Virus record (IMG/VR): IMGVR_UViG_3300017963_000192
Span: 62,001 to 126,000 of that record
Reading direction: 5' to 3' (one strand)
Length of the DNA: 64,000 nucleotides
Shown here: positions 1 through 10,024 of the stretch, in pieces
How positions within the stretch are numbered: the first letter of the stretch is position 1
Layout of the letters: each line of letters starts with the position of its first letter
Position numbers and translations under genes: made by a program
The notes under the pieces: generated by a model
What the model was told of the DNA's origin: nothing
The model's input: only the letters and a program-made list of their open reading frames with translations
Databases searched by the model: none

Positions 1-331
1 AAATAACATCAAATTTTATATAATCAAAATAGATTAACCCTTTCCCTGAACAATCAACTTTATGTAATTCAACATCCTTTGTATTTAAAAGATATTTACA
101 TTTATTTAGCATTTCTTCACAATTATCAACACCATAATAATTATGTCTTTTATCAGTAGATTCTATTAATTGTTTTAGAACAATTCCAGTACCACATCCT
201 ATATCCAAAAAGTTAAGTCTACCCAATGGTTTATTATCTATAATAGAATACAAAAAGAAACTTTCAAATTCTTTGTTTTTTATCCATTCCAACTTTTCAT
301 AATTGGTTGATCTTACTTTCCAGTTAGTCAT
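1..331 (-). CDS. Class I SAM-dependent methyltransferase (3' end runs off the window; not in the ORF track)
   Basis: Manual translation from ATG at 331: MTNWKVRSTNYEKLEW...FLDIGCGTG...YGVDNCEEML (motif I and acidic motif II). Confidence 0.8.
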   Translation of the reverse strand, partial: MTNWKVRSTNYEKLEWIKNKEFESFFLYSIIDNKPLGRLNFLDIGCGTGIVLKQLIESTDKRHNYYGVDNCEEMLNKCKYLLNTKDVELHKVDCSGKGLIYFDYIKFDVI

Positions 332-907
332 TTATCCTCTTGTTTCAGTAGTTGAATTATTAAAATCGTAATAATACAAAACTTTGTCTATTCTAACCTC
401 ATTTTTTATATCTAAACAAGCTCGTTTGACCCAATCAATATCTTCACCATAATTCTTATCTATATATGTATGTTTCTTTGCTATAGAGGATTTCCAAACC
501 ATTGTATGAGCGGGCTTACCTCTCCACTGATTTCCTGTTTGATTATATTCATAATTTATGCTATATTTAGAATAGGTTTGATTATCTTTATCTCCATCAA
601 TTGTAGTTATACAATCAAACACAATACAATCCGCATCTGGATTTTTATTTATACAATCAAGGATACTAATTATATAATCATCTGCTATTCTATCATCATC
701 ATCTACAAATGTTAAAAAATCTCCTTGTGCCAACTTCAATAATTCATTTCTTTTTTCACCAACAGTTCTCTTCTTGTTGTCATAAAATCCTATAATTTCA
801 ACATCATCTCTATCTCTTATTTGTTTATTTATAGAATCAAGCAAATCTGGATAGAAGTTTCGTATCCGAGATGGAACTGTTGCGATAAGTATAGATAATT
901 TAATCAT
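332..907 (-). CDS. Glycosyltransferase family 2
   Basis: N-terminal LSILIAT strand, GEKRNELL, FVDDDD (DxD) motif. Confidence 0.8.
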   Translation of the reverse strand: MIKLSILIATVPSRIRNFYPDLLDSINKQIRDRDDVEIIGFYDNKKRTVGEKRNELLKLAQGDFLTFVDDDDRIADDYIISILDCINKNPDADCIVFDCITTIDGDKDNQTYSKYSINYEYNQTGNQWRGKPAHTMVWKSSIAKKHTYIDKNYGEDIDWVKRACLDIKNEVRIDKVLYYYDFNNSTTETRG

Positions 908-1626
908 TTTTTAAACAACTTCCCTGCTAAAGCATGAGCCTTGGCATCATATTCTTTTCCCATTCTTCCCTGAAAACCATAATCGCCATTGGTGGTTTGT
1001 TCTCCGTGTATTCTGTATGATGTCAAAACTTCTGGAACTTTATAGTATAAATAATACTGTGATATTCTAACAAGCATTTCGTAATCTTCGCAAGCGACAA
1101 ATTCCTCATTAAACATGCCAACTTTGTCAAATACGCTTTTATGAACCACCATATTACTCCACATCCCAAAGTAACTTCCTATAACAAATTGTTGTTGTTC
1201 CTCTAATGTGTTAAATACTGGTTCTACATAATGTGGATCACCTATTACATCATCTTCTCCAATAGTTTGCCAATCAGCATAAATAACCATTGCTTCAGGA
1301 TGTTCTTTAGCAAAAGCAACTTGCTTTTCTAATTTGTAAGATTTCCACATATCATCAGAACTTAATCCAGCCCACCAATCTCCAGTCATATTTCTAATTC
1401 CGGTATTTAGAGCACCGCAAGTTTTCTTGTTTTCCTGATGAATGATGGTTAGTCTTTCGTTCTTTTTAAATTCTTCTAAACAATCCAATGTTTCTTTTCT
1501 TGTAGAACCATCATCAACAACTATTATTTCATACGGCTTGTAGGACTGATTCAAAATACTGTTAATACTTTTTTCCAGAAAATCTGGACGAATATTGTAT
1601 ACTGGTGAAACTACTGATATTTTCAT
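904..1626 (-). CDS. Glycosyltransferase family 2
   Basis: ISVVSPVYN, EIIVVDDGST, SSDD, EDYEM motifs typical of the GT-A fold. Confidence 0.9.
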   Translation of the reverse strand: MKISVVSPVYNIRPDFLEKSINSILNQSYKPYEIIVVDDGSTRKETLDCLEEFKKNERLTIIHQENKKTCGALNTGIRNMTGDWWAGLSSDDMWKSYKLEKQVAFAKEHPEAMVIYADWQTIGEDDVIGDPHYVEPVFNTLEEQQQFVIGSYFGMWSNMVVHKSVFDKVGMFNEEFVACEDYEMLVRISQYYLYYKVPEVLTSYRIHGEQTTNGDYGFQGRMGKEYDAKAHALAGKLFKK

Positions 1627-3707
1627 TATAAAAAATCCTCGTGTTTAATTTTTAATATTAGTTTATCCAATACAAAATTGTAATCATTATAGTAACATTT
1701 CACACACTGATTTCCATTAAAATATTTTTGTTTTTGATATATCTTTTTTAAATCTTGAATAGGCCCCATAGCCATACTATCACCACAACTTAAATCTGGT
1801 TCTTTTCTAGCATATTGCACACCGCAATTATGAAGAAGTATCCCAAATGAACTATAGAACATGTTTGTATTTTCAACTTGAATATCAAATAAGTCATCTG
1901 ACATTATTTTTTCAATTTTTTTAACTGGAACAAACATTAATCCATCTTTTTTATAAAACCCCAAAGCTCGTTTAGGACTTCGCCTAGTAACATCTAAATA
2001 TTTTATTTCAGGAAACATTGTTAATTTTAAAAGATTATAATTACCTGAAATTTTTACTCTATAGAGATCATGACAATTAACCTCTCTTTCTTCTATAACC
2101 ATCTTATCTCTTTTATGTATACTAATTGTAGCTATTATTCCTAATGTTGATAACAATAATACAAGATCACTTGCTAATTGCTTACTAATAGTAGAAAAAA
2201 TAATTCGGTATCCTTTATAACTTTTATTTGGTTTACCTAGATGCCCATCTCCGTCAAAATAACTTTTAAGAAACAATTCTTTTTGATAATTATTACAGTT
2301 AAAGATACTTGGTGGAATTCGTTTATTTAATGCATCACCACCACATTCTTTAAATATATTAAATAAGAGTTTAGAATATATATTTATCTGAAAACCTGTC
2401 CTTCTCTTATACACTTTATATTTATAATTGAATTTATTTAAAACTTTTTCTAATTTTTTTAATTTTTCTGTTGCATGTAATCCATATTTTAATTCTATAC
2501 TATATCCTTTATCACCTCTATCTGAAGAACATCCATCAGCAACATATTGTCCTTTTAACCAAACTAAATCGTCATCTATAAATGAGTCAAATCTACTAGT
2601 TTCAAAATCATTAAATTGATATTTAACTGGGATCAAATCATCAATTTCTATAGTATTTGCAAGTTTTTCTTCTAATGTATAATCATTTAACTCTTTAAAT
2701 CTTTCACTTTTAATATCTAAAGAACTACTTGTTACCATAATATGATCTTTAGATACTTCTATAAATCTATTATTCTTTAAAGTGATTCTTAAAATTTCTT
2801 CTGGAGGTTTTTTCCATACTTTTTTTATTTTACCATGTCCTAATGCCATGTCTCCTTCCTTAACTTCATTTACCCGTTTTGGAACAAGTATACCATTATC
2901 ATCAATTATAACAGTTTCATTAGAATTTAAACAACATGGATAAATATAACCATCTGCATTAATAACTGGTTTGAGTAAACTTATAAGACACTTCTCAATC
3001 CCAGGGTGAAATTCTTTTCTGCCTTGATAGATAACAATTGAATCATCTATATCGTGTGATTGAAGATACTCTTTGATAGTAGCCATTTCACTAACATCAT
3101 TTAGATTTAAAAGATTAGAAACTAATCTGACATATGCAGCACCTTTTTTATTAGAAAATTTTATGATTTTCTGTAACATTTCAAAATTTATATTGTCTGT
3201 CACAACATAACTAAAGCCCCAATCAACTGCACCACAATATTTTAAAATTTCTGCAATTTTAATTTCATAATCCCAAGTCCACTCCCGCAAATCTGAATGA
3301 CTAATTCTTAACCAGGTTATATTTTTTCGTAAATTACCAATTTTTATATTACTTAAAGCGATGCCATTAGTTGTAAGACCTACCTTCATTCCCAGATCAT
3401 TAATAATTTCAATTATTTCATTTATATTAGGATGAAGTAATGGTTCTCCACCTCCAGATATTGTTACAGCTTTACATCCCAATTCTGCGGCATCAGATAA
3501 GACTGAGATTGTATCTTGTAAAGACAATTCATCTTTTTGATTTCTATTAGCACAACTACAAAACTCACATTTGAGATTACATACATTTGTAGGATATAAT
3601 TGAATATGGTATGGTATTATTTTTCCATGTATATCAATCACTTTTTTATTTTGAATGAGTTTGGTTGGAAATGTGTCGGCTGCTGTATAAGATTCTATAA
3701 TTCCCAC
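1626..3707 (-). CDS. Radical SAM/SPASM-type enzyme interrupted by an intein (about 324 aa after splicing)
   Basis: CNLKCEFC (CxxxCxxC), SGGGEPLLHP, LTTNG; splicing would restore DGYIYPC|CGVQY with CVKCYY downstream. Confidence 0.88.
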   Translation of the reverse strand: MGIIESYTAADTFPTKLIQNKKVIDIHGKIIPYHIQLYPTNVCNLKCEFCSCANRNQKDELSLQDTISVLSDAAELGCKAVTISGGGEPLLHPNINEIIEIINDLGMKVGLTTNGIALSNIKIGNLRKNITWLRISHSDLREWTWDYEIKIAEILKYCGAVDWGFSYVVTDNINFEMLQKIIKFSNKKGAAYVRLVSNLLNLNDVSEMATIKEYLQSHDIDDSIVIYQGRKEFHPGIEKCLISLLKPVINADGYIYPCCLNSNETVIIDDNGILVPKRVNEVKEGDMALGHGKIKKVWKKPPEEILRITLKNNRFIEVSKDHIMVTSSSLDIKSERFKELNDYTLEEKLANTIEIDDLIPVKYQFNDFETSRFDSFIDDDLVWLKGQYVADGCSSDRGDKGYSIELKYGLHATEKLKKLEKVLNKFNYKYKVYKRRTGFQINIYSKLLFNIFKECGGDALNKRIPPSIFNCNNYQKELFLKSYFDGDGHLGKPNKSYKGYRIIFSTISKQLASDLVLLLSTLGIIATISIHKRDKMVIEEREVNCHDLYRVKISGNYNLLKLTMFPEIKYLDVTRRSPKRALGFYKKDGLMFVPVKKIEKIMSDDLFDIQVENTNMFYSSFGILLHNCGVQYARKEPDLSCGDSMAMGPIQDLKKIYQKQKYFNGNQCVKCYYNDYNFVLDKLILKIKHEDFL
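1827..2933 (-). mobile_element. Intein (369 aa) with LAGLIDADG homing endonuclease
   Basis: Starts CLNSNET, block B SKDH, LAGLIDADG-like WLKGQYVADG and FLKSYFDGDG, ends LLHN with Cys at +1. Confidence 0.9.
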
Positions 3708-3709
3708 TA

Positions 3710-4486
3710 TTATTCTCCTTTATAAAAATAACTTTCATAATCTTTTAGATTTAAACCAGATTTGATATATAAAGTATTTTTATCTTTTCTATATTTTGCA
3801 AGATTTTGGCCTAAAACTTTTAAACCTTCTCTTCTTTGTGTGCATTTCCAATGAAAATATGTTGCATCATTTTCTAGATCACCACCACCTTGATGATCGC
3901 CTATCTCAAGATTAGCCATATATGCAAATCTTTTGCCAATTCTTTTAACTCTCTGACAATAATCATAATCTTCTTCACTATAAAGACCATAATCTTCACA
4001 CCAATATCCAATCTGTTCTCTAGTCCTTTCAGGAATTAAAACACAAGCCCCACCAATATTACCTTCTCTAACTCGAACATCACAACCATTTATCTGACAA
4101 ACATCAGGGTTCCACCCTTCAAAACTATAACCAATTATTGCAATGTCTGGAGCATTCTCTATTAATTCAACCATTGGAGTTAACCAGCAACCTGAATTAA
4201 ATATAATATCATTATCATATTTCATATAATATTTAAAATTTTCTGTTTGCCAGGCAAGATTAGATGCTTTAGCTATCCCAATATTTTCTCTTAATAAAAT
4301 TAGATTTTTAATTTTTCCATTTTTATATATATCTTTTAAATAGTCCTGGGTTCCATCTTGACTGTTATTATCCACAACTGTTAGTGTATATGGATATTTA
4401 GTATGAGTAAGAATCGATTCTATTGAATTTTTTGTAAAACCTATTCTATTAAATGTAACCATACAAATATTTACTTTATCTTCCAT
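3710..4486 (-). CDS. Glycosyltransferase family 2
   Basis: NICMVTFNR, VVDNNSQDGT, KYDND, EEDYDY motifs. Confidence 0.85.
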   Translation of the reverse strand: MEDKVNICMVTFNRIGFTKNSIESILTHTKYPYTLTVVDNNSQDGTQDYLKDIYKNGKIKNLILLRENIGIAKASNLAWQTENFKYYMKYDNDIIFNSGCWLTPMVELIENAPDIAIIGYSFEGWNPDVCQINGCDVRVREGNIGGACVLIPERTREQIGYWCEDYGLYSEEDYDYCQRVKRIGKRFAYMANLEIGDHQGGGDLENDATYFHWKCTQRREGLKVLGQNLAKYRKDKNTLYIKSGLNLKDYESYFYKGE

Positions 4487-4499
4487 TAAACGCTCCCAA

Positions 4500-5567
4500 T
4501 TAAAATAACTTCTTTCTCCAAGTAATAGGTATTTTAGGACTATCTATCTCAAAGTCTTTAACGTATTCAAACTTCCTCGGTCCCTTTTTCTTAAAATAAT
4601 CCCACATCTCTTCAATAGCATCTTCAATTTTTGTATTATTTTTAAAACCAGTAATACGTTCTGCTTTATCGTGATTACAATACGCTTTAAAAACCTCACC
4701 TGGTCTTTTATCTACATAAATAGGATCTTTATCATAACCAGTAACTTTTCTTACTATATTATACCAATCAGTTATTGATTTATAAACATCTCCACCTATA
4801 TTAATAACTTGACCATATGTTTTTTTATTAAATAAACTTTCACATATAATAGGATTAAAATCGTTTACCCAACTAATTGCTCTTGTTTGATTACCATCTC
4901 CATATATGTAACAATCTTTATTCATTAATATAAGATTAAGCCAAATTGCTAAAAAATTTCTATATACTGAAGTATATTGATTTGGTGCAAAACAATTGTG
5001 AGGACAAAATATCGTATATGTAAAATCATATATTTTATTAAATGCTGTTATTAAGTTTTCTGTTGAAACTTTTGATACAGCATATGGATCTTGAGGAGAT
5101 GGAATATATGACTCTAAAAAAGGTACGGGTTGTTGTAATATCACATTATTATTGCCGTCTTTTACAATACCATCACCATATCTACTCATAGAAGTAAAGA
5201 AAACAAAATGTTTTATGTTATGTTTTAATGCACACGTTAACAAGTTTCTTGAGGCAACATCATTGCTGTTTGAATTTCTTATTGGTGTAAAATAGCTTCT
5301 TATCTCTTCTGCTGAAGCAGCAAGATGAACTATATATTCTATTCCAGACTTATTAAAATTTTTGTAAAAGTATTTTGATAATTTTTTATAATTGCTTAAA
5401 TCTAATTTTGTAAATTTACATTTATTGTTTATATTTTCTTTGTATCCACCACTCAAATCATCAACACCATATATATCAAATTCGCTCCCATAATTATCTA
5501 TTAAATAATTTGTGCAATGACTTCCCATCATTCCAGCAACACCAGTTACTAAAATATTTTTTTTCAT
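4500..5567 (-). CDS. NAD-dependent nucleotide-sugar epimerase/dehydratase (extended SDR)
   Basis: TGVAGMMG Rossmann motif, YAVSK catalytic YxxxK, IYGDGNQTR, RPGEV. Confidence 0.9.
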   Translation of the reverse strand: MKKNILVTGVAGMMGSHCTNYLIDNYGSEFDIYGVDDLSGGYKENINNKCKFTKLDLSNYKKLSKYFYKNFNKSGIEYIVHLAASAEEIRSYFTPIRNSNSNDVASRNLLTCALKHNIKHFVFFTSMSRYGDGIVKDGNNNVILQQPVPFLESYIPSPQDPYAVSKVSTENLITAFNKIYDFTYTIFCPHNCFAPNQYTSVYRNFLAIWLNLILMNKDCYIYGDGNQTRAISWVNDFNPIICESLFNKKTYGQVINIGGDVYKSITDWYNIVRKVTGYDKDPIYVDKRPGEVFKAYCNHDKAERITGFKNNTKIEDAIEEMWDYFKKKGPRKFEYVKDFEIDSPKIPITWRKKLF

Positions 5568-5643
5568 TTTATTTTCTCCTTATTATATTAATTACTTAAT
5601 TTGTTAGTTAACAACAATTAGGGAAAGGTGATTGACCCTCATT

Positions 5644-6885
5644 CTAAAACTTCCTTATGTAATCAACTAGTGGGGATAAAACATTACCCCAATTTAATAT
5701 TTGATGTATTCTTGCTACACTTTCATCCGGTATTTCTAATTTTTCTTTATTTTCTTTAATCTTTAATAAATCATTTACAATACTGTTACTAGAAACAGGA
5801 TGAAGGTAATCTCTTAGAAAATCAAATTCTTCATAAAGTGAATTTCCTTTGTTAATTATTACTGGGAATCCACTAGAAACCATTTCCAGTATCCTACATC
5901 TATGTGAATATTGTTCTTCTAACCAATCTCTTGCTAAAATTATTCCGGCATCATAATTAGAAAATAATTCTAGACTATCATCACAATATTCTTCAATAAC
6001 TCTTATATTTTCAGAATCTTTAATTTCATCAAAGAATTTCTTAAAATAAGAGTCATAAACTTTTTTATACCGTGGATGCTCTACCCCAACAAAATCAATT
6101 TGTATTTCTTTATTATTTTTTAGTTCTTTAAGTAAAGTTTCTGGAGAATACCAAGGATAAACAGGTCCGTACCATAGAAGTTTTAAAATGTCTGGGTTGT
6201 TTTCTTTCTTTTGTACTTTTTCGACTTTATCAACTCCGTAAGGTATTTTATGCATAGGAGAAAATTTAAAAGAACTCCAATCAAGCTTTTGTATCATATA
6301 CATTTGACCCTCGTAATAATAACGCTGTCTACTATTTGCATATAATACACAATTAGCTCTTTTTAATAAATCTTGATATTGTGGCATAAATTTTTTAGTC
6401 CAAAATATTTTTCTGTACATTCTATTATAATTTAATAATACACAGGGAAGTTCCGCTAAAAAAGGAACCCATCCATCAAGTATAAGATTCACGCTTTTTG
6501 GTAGGACTGAAGCGTTTTGAAATCCCGCTCCAGTAGTAGATTGTACTATTACAAAATCACTTTTAATGAGTTTTCTATCTAATTCTTCAGACCATTCCCA
6601 ACAAGCTGATTTAAAATTATAAGATTTTATATCAAAGTTTATGTCAGTATCATCTATATATTCCTTGTCAGGCATATTTAAATTAGGAATTAATAGAGTA
6701 ACTTCGAAATCTTCAAATTGAGATAAATATTTTGCGAACTTCCAACTTCTTTTTCCAGGGGCTGTGGTTCTTATGCATTTATCTTTTGTAAAGAACTCTT
6801 TATTCCCTTCCTTCATCTTTTCTGGAAAACCCTCTTTTAAAGGTAAAGGAACTGTCTCTGGTGAGACTATAGTGATTTTCTTCAT
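5644..6885 (-). CDS. Probable GT-B (GT4-like) glycosyltransferase
   Basis: Two Rossmann-like halves, C-terminal RILEMVSSGFPVI resembling the EAmaxGxPV motif, NW end motif; position in the glycan cluster. Confidence 0.55.
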   Translation of the reverse strand: MKKITIVSPETVPLPLKEGFPEKMKEGNKEFFTKDKCIRTTAPGKRSWKFAKYLSQFEDFEVTLLIPNLNMPDKEYIDDTDINFDIKSYNFKSACWEWSEELDRKLIKSDFVIVQSTTGAGFQNASVLPKSVNLILDGWVPFLAELPCVLLNYNRMYRKIFWTKKFMPQYQDLLKRANCVLYANSRQRYYYEGQMYMIQKLDWSSFKFSPMHKIPYGVDKVEKVQKKENNPDILKLLWYGPVYPWYSPETLLKELKNNKEIQIDFVGVEHPRYKKVYDSYFKKFFDEIKDSENIRVIEEYCDDSLELFSNYDAGIILARDWLEEQYSHRCRILEMVSSGFPVIINKGNSLYEEFDFLRDYLHPVSSNSIVNDLLKIKENKEKLEIPDESVARIHQILNWGNVLSPLVDYIRKF

Positions 6886-6951
6886 ACGGTTTCATTTCTC
6901 CTTAACAGAGTTTTAATTTGTTCTTAATTGAATATATGAGATTAGACTAAT

Positions 6952-8412
6952 TTAATTAGTCCATCTTTCTAAAGTGATTGTCCCAGGTACAGGGTACTCA
7001 TTTTTATCGAGTAATAAATCACCTTGATTTGTTAAAGTACCACCCCCAGTAGGAGTAATACTTACTGTAGTTAAATCTATATTATCAACACTAGAAAATG
7101 CTTTAGCAACACCAACCAAGTCAGCTAATTCAACTGTTCCATCGGTTTTAACATCATCAATAAAAGTTGCTAATTCTAGTTCTACAGAATCGGCAACATC
7201 ATCAAAATCTTGACCGGATAATTCTTTAAATTTCATATATACATCTACTGTAACATCAGTCATTTCTCTAATTAAATAATCTCTGTTTTGAAAGTGATTT
7301 GAGGCTGAATTTAAGTCATCATCTATTGTGTGTAATAGTTTATTATAAATATAGTTTATCTCTACTGAATCACCGTCTTCAAAGAAACCTTCATTAATTA
7401 ATCCTGTTGAAGTTAAAGTTACTTGATCAAAGCCATCAGTTGAACCTTTTAATGTTCCAGTATCCTTTGTTAACTCATAGTAATCTTGTTCTAATACTGT
7501 ACCATTAATAATAACACTAATAATACTATCAACTGGCTGATTTGCTAGTACTATTCCTGTAGAAGTATAATTTACATTAGTTCCAAGAGATAACCCATTT
7601 TCTGTTATTGTAACAACATCTTGAGTACTTTCTAAATCCTCTCCTATTATATAAATATCAACTGCACCGCCTAACCCCTCATCCCTTTCCATAAGAGGAT
7701 CATTTGCACCAACAATATTTATATAAGAAGTATAAGTACTTAAATAACTCTTAATTCCAGCACTTGGTCCTAAATCTCTACCCTGGAATTTTTCATTAAC
7801 TCTTTTTAATCTATTTACTATTGATTCGGAATCTTCTCCACCAGTTATAGAATCCTCATTAGTAACACCTTCAATTCCAGATATTGTTGTTTCTATTTCA
7901 GTAATAGCACCACTTGCTGCTCTATAATCTGGTCCAGATTCAACGGCTTGAACATTACAAGTTATTTCCCATCTTTCAGTTACTGAATTGTAATAAGAAT
8001 TTTTTGTTGCTTCATACAATGTATATGTTCCAATAACTTCAAATATAACTGGTTCAGCACTTACAGTAGTCACTCTCGTTCCAGTTGATATAACAATATC
8101 TGAAGTAGGTTCTGTTGATGTATAAAAGGTTACTTGTCCAGATGAATAAGTAGCTGGAGTTGGAATAACATTGAATGTGGAACAATATCTATCAATATCT
8201 TCTTCATCCAAATCTTCATAATATATTAGGGGAGCATGTAATTTTTGAGTATAAATAAGAGTATTCCAAAGGTTTTGTAGATTTCCAGATATTTGTGCCT
8301 CTACAAACATATCCCTTTCAGGTGTACCTTCTGTTAAATCAAGATTAGGTAGAAGTGTGTTTATTGAAGTTATTAAATCAGTTCTTATTTCAGTTAGAGA
8401 TTTGCTTTGCAT
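6952..8412 (-). CDS. Baseplate J-like wedge protein
   Basis: DLTEGTPERD, VTFY..., VQAVESG, GIEGVTNEDSITGGEDSES segments typical of Baseplate_J; position at the end of the tail module. Confidence 0.75.
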   Translation of the reverse strand: MQSKSLTEIRTDLITSINTLLPNLDLTEGTPERDMFVEAQISGNLQNLWNTLIYTQKLHAPLIYYEDLDEEDIDRYCSTFNVIPTPATYSSGQVTFYTSTEPTSDIVISTGTRVTTVSAEPVIFEVIGTYTLYEATKNSYYNSVTERWEITCNVQAVESGPDYRAASGAITEIETTISGIEGVTNEDSITGGEDSESIVNRLKRVNEKFQGRDLGPSAGIKSYLSTYTSYINIVGANDPLMERDEGLGGAVDIYIIGEDLESTQDVVTITENGLSLGTNVNYTSTGIVLANQPVDSIISVIINGTVLEQDYYELTKDTGTLKGSTDGFDQVTLTSTGLINEGFFEDGDSVEINYIYNKLLHTIDDDLNSASNHFQNRDYLIREMTDVTVDVYMKFKELSGQDFDDVADSVELELATFIDDVKTDGTVELADLVGVAKAFSSVDNIDLTTVSITPTGGGTLTNQGDLLLDKNEYPVPGTITLERWTN

Positions 8413-8413
8413 T

Positions 8414-8860
8414 TTACACTACCTCCTGTTCATATTCCCCTAAATTATACTCAACTCCTTCAGCAGTAGTGAAACGGATTGGTATGAGAAGAACACTAGG
8501 CCTATCTCTATCAAAATAAGTATCAAAATTAATATCTACTATAATTTCTCCAGAACTTAAATTGCTCCTACTCTCTTGTAAAGCCAAATAATTTTTTATA
8601 GTTGTATAGACTAAATCACTAGCAAGTTCTAAAACTTGAGTTCTTTTCATTCCAGAATTTATAGTTAATTGATTAAGTAGGCTTCCATAATTAGGATTAT
8701 ATCGTTTAAATTCTGTTATAACTGTTTTGGTCGCCTCTACATCAGTTATTAGCATTTTTCCAACATCTCGAAGACACTTTTCAGATTCCGTTACCATATC
8801 AATAGTACCACTACCATTAATAACAAAATCTCCACCTACCATTTTTATACCTTCTGCCAT
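8414..8860 (-). CDS. Baseplate wedge subunit (gp25/GPW-like)
   Basis: Size, NPNYGSLL motif and position next to the baseplate J-like gene. Confidence 0.5.
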   Translation of the reverse strand: MAEGIKMVGGDFVINGSGTIDMVTESEKCLRDVGKMLITDVEATKTVITEFKRYNPNYGSLLNQLTINSGMKRTQVLELASDLVYTTIKNYLALQESRSNLSSGEIIVDINFDTYFDRDRPSVLLIPIRFTTAEGVEYNLGEYEQEVV

Positions 8861-8875
8861 ATTTTACCTTTACCA

Positions 8876-8909
8876 ATTAAAATATAAGAAAATACTAATT
8901 AATTTTAAG
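8876..8909 (-). promoter_or_regulatory. Candidate late promoter CTTAAAAT-N14-TTATATTTTAAT (perfect copy)
   Basis: One of 8 fixed-spacing intergenic copies; upstream of the gene starting at 8860. Confidence 0.6.
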
Positions 8910-8937
8910 TAACTTTTTATAATCATATTAATAAATG

Positions 8938-9441
8938 TTATACTACTAATGGTTCGATTGAATTAATATCATTTTCTAATGTATCTAATTCTTCTACTGC
9001 TGAATCATAAAAATCTAATAATGAATTTATAGTATCTAATCTTTTTGATATTTCATCGTGTTCTCTATCATTACTTCTTATATTTCTTAATAAATCTATA
9101 ATTGATATATTTATTTTACCAACCATTTCATTCATTGTATCTGAATAAGTATTTAAATCAATTGCATTTTGTCTAAAAACATTATACTTACCTTCTATTT
9201 GAGATAAATCTACAAATTCATCATAAGTCTCTTTAAAGAAAGAGAGTCTGTTTAATTTTATTGTTAAAAATTCTTTTAATTTTTCATATTTAATTTTTCT
9301 TGCTTTTATAGATGCTCTAGCTATTGTTATCATTTCTATAAAAGTAACTGAACCATCTTTTTGTTTTTCTCCGTCGGTATAATAATAAGATTTTAAGGCT
9401 CTTATATAGTTTTCTACTTTCTCATTTCTAACGTATGCCAT
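8938..9441 (-). CDS. Hypothetical coiled-coil protein
   Basis: 167-aa ORF with an AGGAG RBS, in the operon. Confidence 0.6.
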   Translation of the reverse strand: MAYVRNEKVENYIRALKSYYYTDGEKQKDGSVTFIEMITIARASIKARKIKYEKLKEFLTIKLNRLSFFKETYDEFVDLSQIEGKYNVFRQNAIDLNTYSDTMNEMVGKINISIIDLLRNIRSNDREHDEISKRLDTINSLLDFYDSAVEELDTLENDINSIEPLVV

Positions 9442-9453
9442 AGTACGACTCCT

Positions 9454-10023
9454 TTATGCGATAGTCCCTACTCCAACACCAACCCAAGATACTGGTGGTA
9501 TAGAACCAGTATCTGTCGTATTGACCGTACATGTTTTTATAAAAGTATTTACAGCAGTAGCAATATTCATTGCTGTTTGTTCCCAAGCTTGACCAGATGA
9601 AAATGCGGTAGATAATTGTGTTGTTAATAACCCTAATCCAGTTGGTACAATAGTCCCTACCCCAATACCAGTTAAAGCACCAGCAACAGTAGTAGTTATT
9701 GTTGATGTTGAAACTAAAGTGTTAATACCATTTGCTATAATGTTTCCTGCTGTTGCCCATGATGGGCTTTTAAAAGCACTGACACAAGATGTAATTAGAG
9801 ATGGTAATCCAGTAGTTACTGGATTACCTGTTCCAGTACCTACAGCAACAAATGATGTACCTGGTGGTGGAGGTGTAACTGTGCCAGTAACAGTTGTAGT
9901 TACCATTCCAGTAATAAAAAATGTATTTATAGCTGTAGCGTATAGATTGGCCGCAACAGTCCATTCAGGGGTTTTAAATGCGCCAACTAAATCTGATGAT
10001 AATTTAGAGACTAATAAAGCCAT
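9454..10023 (-). CDS. Thr/Gly-rich virion protein with three internal repeats
   Basis: Three AF..W..A..IA..INT repeats; baseplate context. Confidence 0.55.
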   Translation of the reverse strand: MALLVSKLSSDLVGAFKTPEWTVAANLYATAINTFFITGMVTTTVTGTVTPPPPGTSFVAVGTGTGNPVTTGLPSLITSCVSAFKSPSWATAGNIIANGINTLVSTSTITTTVAGALTGIGVGTIVPTGLGLLTTQLSTAFSSGQAWEQTAMNIATAVNTFIKTCTVNTTDTGSIPPVSWVGVGVGTIA

Positions 10024-10024
10024 A

